This document shows, piece by piece, positions 25,729-39,226 of a DNA stretch of 64,000 bases. The stretch is from Balanoglossus misakiensis (lineage: Eukaryota > Animalia > Hemichordata): NCBI GenBank assembly GCA_040954595.2, contig CM082582.2, forward strand, positions 5,564,303 through 5,628,302, given 5' to 3'. The notes beneath the pieces were generated by a model that ran no database searches, had not been told where the DNA came from, and saw only the letters and a program-made list of their open reading frames with translations. Position 1 is the first letter of the stretch. Every line of letters starts with the position of its first letter. A program made the translations under genes and the position numbers.

Positions 25729-28700
25729 TCATTCCACTAAACCGAGTCTACATTCCGATTTCACCATCTTGCCGGCCAGTTCCACTTTGCGTTTGTCTTC
25801 GATCTCTTCTGGAGTCCAAGGTCTGTAATTCTTCTCCCATTCTTCCTGTGGGAAGAGTCTCTCGAAGTGGTCGCCACGCCCAAGGCCGATCTGGTGGTGG
25901 AAAGAACAGAAGAACGCCAAAATTAATGTGTGCACATGTACAAACTGACAACTGTACCGTCTTTTTTATTTTTGTCAAGATGTGTGAAAATAGCACAGTC
26001 CATTGTGAAGCGCAAGGTGGATATTCATTATGAACATACCTGTCTATGTAGTAGATTCTTGAGTTTATTGGTGAACCTGTCCGGATTGTTGTCGCCAACA
26101 AAGATCCCCTTGTCTGCTCTGACCACCAACGAACCGCCCAGGTGAAGTCGTTCTTGGAGGACGCCGCGTTTGTACGAGGAGTAGACCCCCTGGGGGAAGG
26201 CTGTACATTTGCAGTCACGTGGGTTCATGTCACCTGGTTTGAAGAATTCTGTCACGCTCATTTTAGGAAAGCTGAGAAGAGAAACAAAAATTATGGTGGT
26301 CATTTGTCTGTAGACGTAGACACATGGCAATAGAATTGCTCCTCAAAAACGGTGTACATTGTCTTGTATTTTGAAGGGAAGCGAAAGAAAATTGACCGTT
26401 TGTAAACTTCTGCACCCTGAAACGATCGAGGCCTCTCCTAACACTGTGTCGATATTCTTTGTTATCAGAACTTTCGTTTTATCAGTCAACTGCAATATTC
26501 AGGATCAATAAACTTACCTATGGTGATTATCTTCTATGGTAACAATGAAGACGTTCTCTTGACTCATGAAATAATCATTCTTCAAAACCCATTCCTGGGG
26601 TAGCTCATAATAATATTCCGCTGTTCCGACCATCTTTTCTTCACCCTCTGAAAAAATAGAGCATTTCGATACAAGTTTAGTTCAGATACATGTAGTTTTC
26701 TGTCTGGGAGGGTCGGTCAATATGTAAAGTGAAAAGAAGCCGTGTCTTTCGATCAGATCAATTGTTACTTGGATGTATAAGATCGCACAATATGTGGTCA
26801 AACGTAACAGCTGCGCTGATTGGCGGAAACGATATGTCCGCTTTATTACTTACTTGCTGTGTCGCCTGCTTCTGGTTTGAGAACCATGACGTCACACAGG
26901 TAGCCCTGTCCCATCTGGTATAAAGCGGATGTTGTGCTCACACGTTCTGAAAATAAAATGACGCAATGAAGAGTACACCGTCAAACCGAGAGAAGGAAAC
27001 GTGATACATGGAGAATGAAACTGCGAAAAATGAATCAAGGTTTAACTGAGACGACAGATGTTTGTGGTAAAAAGTCGCCGGCCACTTGACCACGATCGCT
27101 TTCGTAGATTCTAGACAAACCGCTTCAGATGCCATGGGCTTTGTGGCCAATGAAGAAAAATGTAAGGTTCAGTAAATTTTGTCTCCCAGGGTTGGAGGTA
27201 AGAACGTACCAATCATGAACTTGGAAAGCTCTCCAGCGTCGAGCGATAGGAAAATCTTCTTCGGCAGGTCATCGTCATCGTAGCGGGCGCCAAGCATGTT
27301 TGTCAGGGTCTTGACGTTGTATCGGAAGCCGTGGATGAAACCAGAGGCGGCTCTTCGATCACGTGACTGCATAACTGTGCCGATGAAGTAGAGATCGGGA
27401 ACGGTCGACTGCCAGTGTTCGTCGAGGACGACGTATCGACCGTCGGTGTGGGTTTCTAGCAGAGATGGAGATCAATAATTACAATCAATGTGTGTTTCAA
27501 TCAAAGGTTTTATCACATGACGAGAATGGATTGATGGGGAAATGGCGTGTTTAATTTAATGAGTGAAAATTACTAGTAATTTCTGGAAAGTAAAGCGTCT
27601 TTCTCAGCCAAGTATTGCACATTATCCTCTCTGGAAACGATACATATTTTTTATGAATGTCTGATTTTAACGTATCTGTTCTCCACAACAAGTAAACTAT
27701 CAACATGCAATGGTCACGGCGCCACCAATCGGCGATGTGAGACTGGCTTACCTGGCTTACAAGTTTCGTCAAACATGTCAATGTTGATGAACTTCCATCC
27801 TGTCGCCAGAATGACTTTGTCGTAGCCCTTGCTGGTGAAAGTTGCGGTGCCTGGTGGGTCCCAGTGGGGCAATTCCATCTCGAAGGTCTGAGTGATTGTA
27901 CCGTCTTCCTCCCTGACGAACTTCTTGGTGTCGCACTGGCGGAGAGCGTGGAGCGATTTCAGATGGTACATGTCGAGGACGTTGTTGTTGACGGCTCTCA
28001 GATGACCCACGAAGTGAGTGTCCCACGCCAACTTGACGGGTGTGCGCGTGCACATGTGAATTATTGCAGCACTGCCTGCTAAGTAATCTGAACACTGCAA
28101 GTTGAGAGCATAAAATATGTTTTAGTTGAATGATTTTAAAAAATTCTGGTAGGAAATCGTATGCTTCATTAGCATGGTACAGTTTCCGAGGCAAAGTAAC
28201 TGATTTATTAAAGGCCGTTTTTTTTTTATACAAAACTTACCTCAAAGGCGCTGTTTCCTCCTCCAAGAATCAAAACCTTCTTGTTTTCATACTCCTTCAA
28301 ATCCAGACTATGTTCTTGATAGGTGTCCGCCACCTCGATGCCTTCAATATCCGGGACATTGGGCAGGGCTGGACCGGTGCCAACAATCAGAACTTTACAG
28401 GTGAATATTTTCCCGTTCTGGTCGGTGATGGTGAAACGTGACGGGTGTCTTCTGTCCTGGACGGCTTCTCTGTTGACCTTGACTATGTTTGTGTTGAGAC
28501 GCACCTTCAGATCGAACTTCTTGGCAAAGTCGCGTAAATAACTGAAAATGACAGGACCACCCCATGAATTATATTACACCGGTATTCGTCATCATCTGAT
28601 GCAAAACACGGAGAGTGTAAATCTTTGAGAAAATAAGTTGTTGCATTGTGCAATCTGTGGGCCATGGATATTTTGTTACCAACATTATAAATATATTCAA

Positions 28701-29197
28701 CAATATGATTATCATTTTAGATTTCTTGACAAAGGAAAAAAAACTTACTCGACTAAAAGGCCTGCATCCGGGAACAGATCGTCTGAATAATCACAGAAAG
28801 AGATGTCGTCTTCGTCACAGACCAGAGAATTCCAATCATGGCGGAGATTGAATTCTCTCTCCTTGAAGTAGTTGTGTTTCTTGTTGATGGAGATCAGAGT
28901 GCGATGACGCGGATACGTCTGGTAGAAGGAACCAACGCTGTCGTTCTTCTCCAGGACGATGTAATCTTTTCCCGCCTTCTCCATGCAGTAGGCCATCTGG
29001 ACACCGGCGGGGCCCGCCCCGATGACGATGTATTCGTAATCTGAAAACAAAAATGCAGAAAAGTTGAAGAAAACTAAATCGGAGCTATAGTACATGTACC
29101 GCAGCTAGCTTGAACCAAAGTCGACTTGGACGGTTACTGGCATACTTTTTGAGGCGAAAACTATTTGAAAGAAACCCATCTTACCTGTTTTCTCCAT
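25729..29197 (-). CDS. FOXRED2-like FAD/NAD(P)H-dependent oxidoreductase, copy A (603 aa, 9 coding exons), no signal peptide
   Basis: Exons 29197-29185, 29040-28749, 28541-28241, 28094-27752, 27455-27210, 26946-26854, 26647-26518, 26271-26040, 25890-25729; all GT-AG, 1812 nt in total. Motifs: GAGPAG (FAD), YPRHRTLISINK and FNLRHDWNSL (FOXRED2-family signature), GGGNSAFE (second dinucleotide site), [23 protein letters not shown]. Confidence 0.9.
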
Positions 29198-29410
29198 ATT
29201 TCGCTTCTTCTATGGCAGATGTCAGAAGACAGCAAATAATCTGTGAAGAAAAATATGTGAATAACTTCAAATTCGATTCGAGTTGGTGGCAATATCAAGA
29301 CAGTCGTGCGTGAGATTTTTTGGTACAGTTCTGTTCTAGTGGCACAGAAAGCCTCGCTCGTCTGTCTTTGGCTCCAAGCGCATAACTGCATATGTCGGAC
29401 TGGTACTCAC

Positions 29411-29499
29411 CCGTCGATGCTGAACAATATGAACGTGTTGCTGAGTACAGACGGTCACAATAAATGCACCAGATTGACCAAACGAACCCATTATTTATA
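29411..29499 (-). promoter_or_regulatory. TATA box and non-coding exon 1 of FOXRED2-like copy A
   Basis: TATAAATA on the minus strand at 29499-29492 and donor G|GTGAGT at 29410. The exon 2 acceptor CAG is at 29243-29241. Confidence 0.55.
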
Positions 29500-31814
29500 A
29501 CCAAAGCCAAAAAGTCACATTTACATAATTTGTGTTTTTTTGCAAACAGAACTTCGTGGAGATAATCCGTCGTCAGGTAACTTGACGGACGATTAACAAC
29601 TGCCAATAAACAAGGATTTCTTCTGATAGCGTCAATCACACCCCCTTCTAAAGCATATTTGTCTTAGAAAGTCACATTTTGGTACATCCCCCGACATCTA
29701 CCAAAAGTTGCATCTGCATTAATGTTTCTGCTGATGGTTTTAGTCAGGCCTGATATGATCTGGCCATGACCGGTCTGGGAATGAATAAAAGAATGATAAT
29801 TGGCGGAATGCACGGATACAAATTTATTTTTTTGTCTGTTGATATATCAATCATACGCCGGCAACTTGCCCGTGTACACAGACAACGGAGAAGTAGGAGG
29901 GTGGAGTACCGAGAGTGTACTTCTCGGCCGGGGAATGGAGGCATGACCGGGACAATATAAAAGCCCGGTTCTCTTGTGCGGAGGGACCGTGATCAAAGCT
30001 TCGCGGGAGGTTTTGACACCTTTTCTTGGCGTGTTGTGGCACTCAGCCGCACCTGGCCAGCTTCCTGTGTCTTCGATAAACGTGCATGTACACGCGTAGG
30101 GCTTCCTTGATGACGAAGCCTCAAAGGGCGACGTTTCTTGTCCACGTGTTGCGGGGAACGTATACAATAGCTTCCACAACACTTCTTACAGTGAGTTTCA
30201 TCGAAATATGCCGATGTAATAATCAAAAGTCTGATATAAGTTTTAAAAAACTGCAGAGTAGTTGTACGTAGTGATCAGAAGTCGAAATACTGGTAGTTTG
30301 ATAACAAGGTCATAAGGTTTGTGGTTGCATAAGCCGGCAAACTCCACGTGTAGTTGGCAGGTATTCTCTGTCGGTCACGGACGAGGTGCAAAAAAGATGG
30401 GTGGAGTGTTGATAGTGACAAGGACGAGGTGCAAATAGAAGTGTTGATGGTGCCTGGGAAATACATGTATCAAAGCACGATCTTCGTGTGTTGATCAACG
30501 CTTCGCGTGAGGTTTTGTCACCTTCTCTTGGCGTGTTGTGGCACCTGATCCACTTCCTGTGTCTTGAAGAACGTGTGTAGGGCTTCCTTGACGAAGCCTA
30601 GTCCACGCACGTGTTGCGCGGAACACAGAAATCTCTATTCTACAACTATGAGGAAAAAATATATATACTATAATGTACTGTGCTAGTATCCAGAGACGAA
30701 ACGTAAAAATAAATTTAGCAACATAAGAAACATGCATCGCTACGCTATCTTTAAAATTTGAAACTTTAGTAAATATCCCCCTCTTCTCCCTGATAAGAAG
30801 TTCATCGATAATTGCAGATGTAAAATACAACCCCTGAGATGTGTATTTTCCATACAAAAAGTGAGTTTTACATTTAATAGGTGCATTCTCATGGCATATG
30901 CGCATTCTCATAGAATATTCACGTATTGGTCACACGCATGACGCCATTTTCTGTAGGAATGGACGCGCCGTGAAGAATGTGAATGAAGTTTAATTTCACC
31001 GTAGCTCCTGGACTAGCCCACTAGTCGCTTGGTGTATGGTTTCGTGTGTGTGTATTTCATGTCACTTTTGTGTCTCAGAAACTAATAAGTCGTTCAATTT
31101 TAATTATTTTATCTTTCACTGCGGTTCAAAGGTTTGCTTTGGCTGGGCTTACTTATCGTCATCACACCAGTCTTCGCGATCACACATTCTGAACACGCTC
31201 ACTCCAGTCATGCTTTCGGCCTGTATTAGCAAATATTTCTCAAATGCGCTTTATAATATTCCGACATATTTTCAATAGACTTTGGATCATTCTATGCAGC
31301 TTCGGAATATCCCATGTGATTATAATACAACCAATAGTAATATATTATGCCAGACCTTAACATTTTATTTGTAATTAATAAGGCCCAAACAGTCCGATAT
31401 AAGTTATTGCATGTGCAGTGATCATAAGGCGACTCACGTTGGGTATTTTTCAGTGTTACACAAAATTTAGAACACTGAATAATGGAGTCAGAAAGGAGAA
31501 ACAATGATTTGCAAAACGAAATATCTTTTTTTTTTCAAAATTTCTATTTACAGACTATAGTTCCGTTGACTTTCTCTCAGAAGACCACCGAAGACAATTA
31601 TTTTAAATGTCAAAGTTGAGGCACAACACATACGTCACTTGACGCCTCTGCTAATCCGCCCAGGGTCTCGTCGTCACACTTCTCTGAATGGTGTTGACAA
31701 AACTTCTCCGACGCGTATGCTGATTGGTTGTACAGGGCCGAAATAAACATTCTATGTGCAGCTCCGCCTATCAGCGGATTTGTAACTTATGAAACCACGA
31801 AGGTGTGAACTCCG

Positions 31815-31971
31815 CCCAATCGGGTTCGGACAAGCTCTAACCTCTATATAAAGCTCGACAATTTTTTCATTTTCACTCATCTCTCTTGAGACGCTGACTT
31901 CGTGCACGTCAGAGGAACTCCCATTTCCGTGTCGCTGAATCTTTCGTTACCGAAGTATTTTTGGAACGTTG
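31815..31971 (+). promoter_or_regulatory. CCAAT/TATA promoter and non-coding exon 1 of FOXRED2-like copy B
   Basis: CCAAT at about 31816, TATATAAA at 31845, an Inr-like TCACTC about 28 nt downstream, donor G|GTAAGT at 31972 and the next acceptor ending at 32130. Confidence 0.6.
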
Positions 31972-32162
31972 GTAAGTATTCCCCATATCTTAGCCTGTCG
32001 TTTGCTTGTGGCCTATGTGCATGAAGCAACTACCTTTGGTGTGTGAGAATTGTACTCGTTGAAATTCCGTACTTTATTCTACCCGAGCTAGCACTAAACA
32101 AAATTATTTGCATTCTATTTTATTTCTCAGGTTTTCCGGTGAATTATAAACATCTCCTGAAA

Positions 32163-35117
32163 ATGGCTGAAAAGACCGGTAAGTGTTTCATTCAGACCAA
32201 TCTTATGACGAAATGAACAATTCCCAAAATATTCCTGAAAATTTGAGCCTAAATTTGATTCCCACAAGTTGCACATTTCCAAACGTTTGTTGGCTTGAAT
32301 TCTCTACAGACTATGAATACATTGTCGTTGGCGCTGGCCCTGCCGGAATACAGATGGCCTACTACATGGAGAAATACAAGATGGACTATCTGGTTGTGGA
32401 GAGAGCCGACGGGCCTGGCTCCTTCACTCGAAAGTACCCTCGCCATCGCAAGCTCATCTCCATCAACAAGAAATACAACGTGTTCCCCGAACCCGAATTC
32501 AACATGCGTCACGACTGGAACTCGTTGCTATGCGACGAAGAGGATCCGCTGTTGTTCACTGACTATACAGATGAACTCTTCCCTGACGCTGATTTCTTAG
32601 TCAAGTAAGTAAAAATGGCCTTAGCTGAAATTCCGATATTGATAATGCTACTGCTCTTTTGGCCATTCAGTCCAGTGAATCACATTGCAAATGTCAACTT
32701 GAGGGATTAATCATCCACAGAATAGTTCGAAATTAAAACTCATCTTGTCATGTCATTCTTACAGGTACTTTGAGGATTTCTGCAAGAAATACAAAACCAA
32801 CATCCGCTACAACACCAACATCACCAACGTGCACCGAGACGGGAAGAGCGATGACCACAAATCCAGATCGAGGTTCACCTTGACCGACGACAAGGGCAAC
32901 AAGTTTACCAGTCGAGTTTTGATGATTGGTACCGGGCCGATCGTGCCGCATCACCCGCAGATCCCCGGCGTTGAACTCATCGACACGTACCAGGATCACT
33001 CGCTAGACTTGGAAGAGTACAAGAACAAGAAAGTTTGCATTCTCGGAGGTGGCAACAGTGCCTTTGAGGTGAGTACACCAGAACGCCACCAGCGGTACTT
33101 TTTGTAACAGTCTTTTGTTTTTATTGCCAACTTTTTCGAAGTTATCACGAACGCACGACTTACGTGTTTTTGTTTTGTCCATTCTTTCTCAGGTCGCCGA
33201 TCATCTCGCCGGATCTGCTGGTCTTATTCACATGTTCAACAGGCACCCAGTCAAATTCGCCTGGGACACTCACTTCGTGGGTCATCTTAGAGCCGTCAAC
33301 AACAACGTCCTCGACATGTACCATCTGAAGTCTCTCCACGCCTTGCGTAAATGCGAGGCCACCAGAGTGTGGAAGACAGAAGACGGCAAATTCAGCATCG
33401 AATACGACATGCATCTGCCAAACTGGGATCCACCAGGCACCGGTCGCTTCGTCACCAGCGGATACGACAAGATCATCACCTGCACTGGATGGAAATTCAT
33501 CAACATTGAAATGTTTGACGACTCCTGTAAACCAGGTAAGATCTTACTTTTAGAAATAAGGACAGTTTTTGGTCGATTGAAAAAGCACGACAGTCAATAT
33601 ATGCTCGACTTGATAACGTTATCGATACAGAAACTGACTATCATTTATTTTTGTTTCAGAAACACACACGGAAGGCAAATACCCAATCCTGGATGAACAC
33701 TGGCAATCCACTGTCCCCGATATGTATCTGATTGGAACAGCCATGCAGGCACGTGACAGACGAGCAGCTTCAGGATTCATCCACGGTTTCCGCTACAATG
33801 TGCGCACTCTCACAAATATGCTGCGCAGCACTTACAATGGCCACGAATTGAACAGAGAAGTTTTCAGTCCTATCGACCAGGAAGAAATCTGCAGCTCGGT
33901 CATCAGTAAGTGTTCCAATTTTGTTTAATGAACGATTCATGTATAAGGATTTCGTTTTGGCCGCTGAAGTGTCGAATCGCTATTTAAAATGCAATGCAAT
34001 ATATATAACCAGCAAGTTATTTCTTGTATTTTTTGCAGAACGGGTCAGCGTTGTCTCGTCCCTCTACCAAATGGGCCAGGGCTTTATGTGTGACGTCATG
34101 CTCATCCAACCGGAGGAAGACGCCAAGACAGACAAACCCACAGCCGGTCGGATAGACTACATCCGGGAACTTCCACAAGCCTGGGTGAAGAAACAAGACT
34201 GGTTTATGGATGCAAAACTGGCGGTCGTAGTCACCATTGAAGATACCATTAGCAAGTAAGTTAAGAAATATTAATAATTATATACCAAAATGTATACGTG
34301 TACCAGTCAAACTTATGTTGGGACGTGACAATCACACCACTGGTAATAAAATAACCACGGCAGCTAAATCTGTTCAGTACCGGTGTCGCCTTATGAAGTA
34401 CAAATGGCACTACATGTATATGGATGTAACTAAACAGCCACATCATTTTCCCAGGTATCCTAAACTGAGTGCTCCAGAATTCTTCACTCCTGGCGACGTG
34501 AACGTCAGCAGCAGCAAATGCTCACCGTTCCCACAGGCCGTGTTCAGAGTCTACAAGAATGGCGAGATGGCGGAGGAACTTTATATTGGCGGTTCGCTGG
34601 TGGTGCGTGCGGACACCAGGAACTTCGATGGAGACACAAACCCAGACAGATACGTCAACAAAGTCAAGAATCTGTTCCATCGACATGTAAGTTACCGGTA
34701 CTTGATTTTGCGGGGTTTGGACGAAAATCCTAACGTTTCAGCAGCATTTTGTCGTTTGCAATAAAATGTAGGACTATATTTGAGAATCTAAAACCTAAAG
34801 CACTGACGAAGGGACATGTTTGCGATACGGCGTCCTGTCTTTGACAACTATGAACTTCGTCACTATTGGTGATCGATGACCCCTCAAGTTAAAATGCATA
34901 ACTCAATGCGTGTCTTCTTTTCCAGACTGGCATCGGTAAAGACGGATTCTACGAGCAGCTGTTCACACCAGACATGTGGCCCAAGGTGTACCGTCCCTGG
35001 ACGCAGGAAGAGATCGCCGAACAGACCAAGATGGAAATGGAGAAGATAAGCAGGGAGTCCAAATATGAATGCAGTATATCCATCCTGAGACCAAAGATCG
35101 ACGTCAGCGATATGTAA
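32163..35117 (+). CDS. FOXRED2-like FAD/NAD(P)H-dependent oxidoreductase, copy B (614 aa, 8 coding exons), no signal peptide
   Basis: Exons 32163-32178, 32310-32604, 32765-33068, 33193-33535, 33660-33905, 34039-34255, 34455-34686, 34926-35117; 1845 nt in total. Same motifs as copy A ([49 protein letters not shown]). AATAAA at about 35320. Confidence 0.9.
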
Positions 35118-37867
35118 AACTAACGCCGAACAAATTTTCGTAAACGCCAAACTTTTTGCCACAGAAGTCCACATCGACTGTAATGAGTTTTCACATCGTT
35201 TAGCAAGACGAACGAACACTATTTTTAATTCTATTGAATATTCGTAAGAAGAGCAGAGGGCTTTTTGTATACACGGCTAAATAAGTTGCCTATTTTACAT
35301 TTCAACTTTCACTTTTTTAAATAAAGTACAATTTTAATCGTATATTTTCTTGTTGTGTGGTCATTCACATGTTGTTTAAAACCAGTAACATCCTCGGCAA
35401 ATCAACTGATTGCAATCATGCTCAACCACCTGTTCCGTTGTTGACCTTATCATTGATAAGCGCATGCGCAGTAGAATCTATTGTGCAAAATCACGGGCAT
35501 GGGGGTAAAGGTCTAATCTTCAGACGGGCCTTCCTAGTTTGATATAAAACTTCCGATTATAAATTCCTCTATTCTTCATGGTTCTAAAATTCTAAAATGG
35601 TTTCAAGAATCTGTTGATATATAGTAGCATGGGTTCCCCATCACCTAGACATGAAAATCGTCTAACACTTTGGATCCACAAATACTATAGCACCCTGGCT
35701 CCGATTCAGAGACGACATATCCTTACAACCGAATGTGTACTGCTCAACCCCAATACCCAAACATTTCTCAGCTCAAAACACCTGTCAAAATTCAGAATCG
35801 GGTTCATAAATAGTAATATATATCAAGTTTCACAAATGAGGTCAACCAGATGTGACAGTAATACGTAAATAGGGGTTATTCATTCAACACGGAAAGCCAG
35901 CGCAGGTGTCGTCCAGCGAACGTCTCCATTCCTGCTTCTGCATTTCATGGAGAGCTGCATTTTCTACGACTCAGTATCTTCTCAGTAAGCTAAGAGTGTT
36001 TAGTTATAAATAATTTGATTGATATGATTCAGCGGATGTCAAATGAAAGAGCGTGTTGCTGGTGGTTACTGCTGGTGCGCAGACACATTGTTCTCTTCTG
36101 GTGCATGCCGGGAGTGCACGACTTCAGGCTGATCAGCTGATCGCAGCTGCAGAGGAAAAGTGCGTCTTATGTGAGTGCAATACAACGACATTTTGCCTAG
36201 ATTAACGTGACTTGGGACGTTTCTCAGTGTTCGCTCGTGCTCAAAGTCACCCTGACCTTGAAATGTTCAACGCTCGCCGCAGGGGGAAGCCAACGTGACC
36301 ACATTTGTAAGCAAAGAAACTTTCTACACGACCTGTAATCACCTCTTCCGGATATATATTCTCAGTCTGTGGTGGGTGGATTTAGCAATATTGGCGGATG
36401 ATCTGGTAAGGCCAAAGTAAGTGTAAATTGTGTTTCGGGTCCTCGCACATTTTTTGGAGGTTTATGAGAAAGACGGGGCATTTGAGAGGTAACCGCTCAA
36501 TGACACGTTTACATGCTAGCATTGTGTCAGTCCAAAGCTTACGTGTGATGCATCACGTGCGGCTGTACTATTTCAAGAGAGGGTTGAGACGTCATGTCAC
36601 ATGTCATCCTTATCTAAGGCAACGAACACAATTAGTGACGGGGTTGAGAGAGACGAAGGAATGGAACATGAATACAGAAACACTATAAACTCAGACAGAC
36701 ACCAAACAAATTGAAGTACTGTACTACGAATGCACAGAATTTAAATATCAGTGGTGGATGAACAATAAGGGTGTACGTCATTAACATAGCGTTAGCTGTA
36801 GTAGCCGTACACCTGGGTATTTTGAATATTACGTAAGGGTTTTTGATTTTTGACTCTCTGCAACGGCAGTCAAGTGGCGTGAGCCGACCAGAAAACAGAC
36901 AAGTTGAGCTCGGCCATGAGCGACGGGGACTGGAATCTTGTAATCCACGTGTGAGCTCGGTGTTGAAGTTCGGCTCGCCCAGGCACGTCGGGTATGTCCT
37001 GTTGGTTTGAATTCAGCGTTGCTCTCGGACTTAAAATGCATGTCTACGCCAGCAACTGTAAGTAAAGTGAACCCGTTAATTTCTTCTGAGAGGACTTCAG
37101 GAAAGAACTTTGTGAGAAAGCAGCACGCCAGCGTGAACCATCGTCGGGTCGGTGCGGCGAACTCACGGAACACTGAATTATCGCGTCCGCTCACCACGCG
37201 TGTAATATTACCGCGGACCTTATATAAGTTTCTTGAGGACATTACAATATTTAAGTATAAGAACCCTTGTAACATATAAGTTTCAGTGCTTGTACTATGA
37301 TATTATTTTTCTTCCTGTGACAAATAGTTTCGCAGTGAAACGTATAACTTTGGGTGTACTGTGTATCATTGTTGTTGCTGTCTGGGTGTTTGTGTTGCGA
37401 GATTTTGGTTCGTAACAGTACTTCGCAGCAAAACACTGGGACTTTCTCCCTCCCACACGTACTAGACAGGCCAAGGCACAAGGCTATAGGTCAAAACAAA
37501 AGAGACTACCTTCTACATAGTGACACTTACTTTCTTGACCCGTCCATGATGTGATTTAGAGCTGTGTGACAGGCGTGGAGCACTTGTCTTTAGACAGGAA
37601 ACACCCAAAAATTTACAAAAACTAGGACTGCGAGGGAAATTAACTTGGAGTAGTAACTGATGCATTTTCTTATTCCGTCAAAGGCGAGGTTTGTCCCATG
37701 ATTTTAATATATACATTTGTATCTGATTAACTTTCAAGTAACATTAATAAGTTAAATGTGAGTTTCTTGCTACGTATGGCGACATTTTTGCACCCAACAT
37801 GAATTATCGATTCATTTCTAAATATTTCGGTTTCTTTTTCTCTTTTTAACGCAGGCGATCGATCGCG

Positions 37868-38569
37868 ATGGACAACACCACTTTTATAACACCAGTTGGG
37901 AAAATGGTTTTACGAAGCTTTCGCGAAACAGACAAGACGGCTGTCACGAGGCTCTTCCGAGCGGGAATGTGGGAATACATGGCAGCCATGTATAAAGACA
38001 ACTTGAAAAATGCTTCGGTTTGGATTATTTGCTTAATAACACTTTCTGTCTGTAGTATTTTTGTGTCAGCGTTTGGTGTTTGCGTAGCAGCGATTGCTCT
38101 GGCAATTTTACTGTATGTCTTGTGTGTAACTGTGTTTCAGTTGTATATATTTTCCCGCCTAAACGGCGACCTGCGCGACATCAAGGCGTACTACATAGAC
38201 CAGCCAAGAAATCACGCGTGGGTTGTAGAGCTTAACGGGATCATGGTGATTGGTGTAGTGTGTGTGCGAGAGGACAGTCAAGACCACACGAAGGCGCGGC
38301 TTCTGACCATGAGTGTAGACAGGGATTATAGAAAATTGGGAATAGCAAGCAAACTGGTAGACATAGTGGTTGAATTTTCAGTGAAACACGAATACCGAGA
38401 ATTGTGTCTGGCCACAGGACGATGCATGCACGCCGCGAACAGGCTCTATAAAAGAAAGGGTTTTCATTTGAAGGAGATCCAATGTGTGTACAATTTCGTA
38501 CTGATGAAGCCAGTTGGGTGTTATTATGTTTTGCCTCTCAGATCCAACAGAAATGTGACAACTGAGTAA
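37868..38569 (+). CDS. Camello/NAT8-like GNAT N-acetyltransferase 1 (233 aa, single coding exon)
   Basis: Hydrophobic membrane segment inserted in the GNAT N-terminal half; DLRDIKAYY; WVVE..G.VIGVV; acetyl-CoA motif A MSVDRDYRKLGIA; A..LYKRKGF. A splice acceptor (GCAG) lies just upstream of the ATG. Confidence 0.88.
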   Translation: MDNTTFITPVGKMVLRSFRETDKTAVTRLFRAGMWEYMAAMYKDNLKNASVWIICLITLSVCSIFVSAFGVCVAAIALAILLYVLCVTVFQLYIFSRLNGDLRDIKAYYIDQPRNHAWVVELNGIMVIGVVCVREDSQDHTKARLLTMSVDRDYRKLGIASKLVDIVVEFSVKHEYRELCLATGRCMHAANRLYKRKGFHLKEIQCVYNFVLMKPVGCYYVLPLRSNRNVTTE

Positions 38570-38699
38570 ACAACTTTTACTGTGGATTACCGAGTTTCTT
38601 ATCATTAGATTGCAAACAGTGTCCATTTACTTTCCAGTGCCATGCCCTTGATTTCCAATAGAAATCTCTATCGTAGGATCATTTTCAAACTATTGCCTA

Positions 38700-39226
38700 C
38701 GTGTTGTGGGTATGGGCATGGCACTGGCCCCTTTAATGATCGCCTGTCCAATCCCATGTATACTTCAACTGGATCTCTGTAGAGTCAGCGTTGTGTAATG
38801 CCTCCTCTTCTCTACATACTTTGCACCGATGATTGTGGAAGTAGGTATGATAGTTATCATCGTGTGACATTTGCGGATGGCAGTGCATTCAAGTTATTTT
38901 CACTCTTGGTTATTCCTCAGTGAGAATCACAGCCCCGCTCTCTCTATGGGTAAACTTGTTCATTGGTGTTTAAAACCAAAGAAACGGTCAATGATTTTAG
39001 GAGACTAAGGACGTGTGCGGAATCAGACCACTATACAAGAAGAAAGGTCCATCTGGTCAATTGGACCTTTTGAGAGAATTTACATCCGCGTTCAGAGTGG
39101 ACAGGAAATCACATCGTTATTTTTTTTATATAAAACATTCATTTGGAAGTGTTCTTAAAGATTGTTTCAATCAGTTCAACATTTAACTGCCCTGTGTTGG
39201 AATGAATATTATTGAATTGAATTGAA
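38700..39226 (+). mobile_element. Highly decayed non-LTR RT remnant
   Basis: Frameshifted traces of STGS..QxCV..PLLYIL.TDDC and TFAD at about 38760-38880, and an (ATTGA)n tail at about 39210. Confidence 0.5.
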
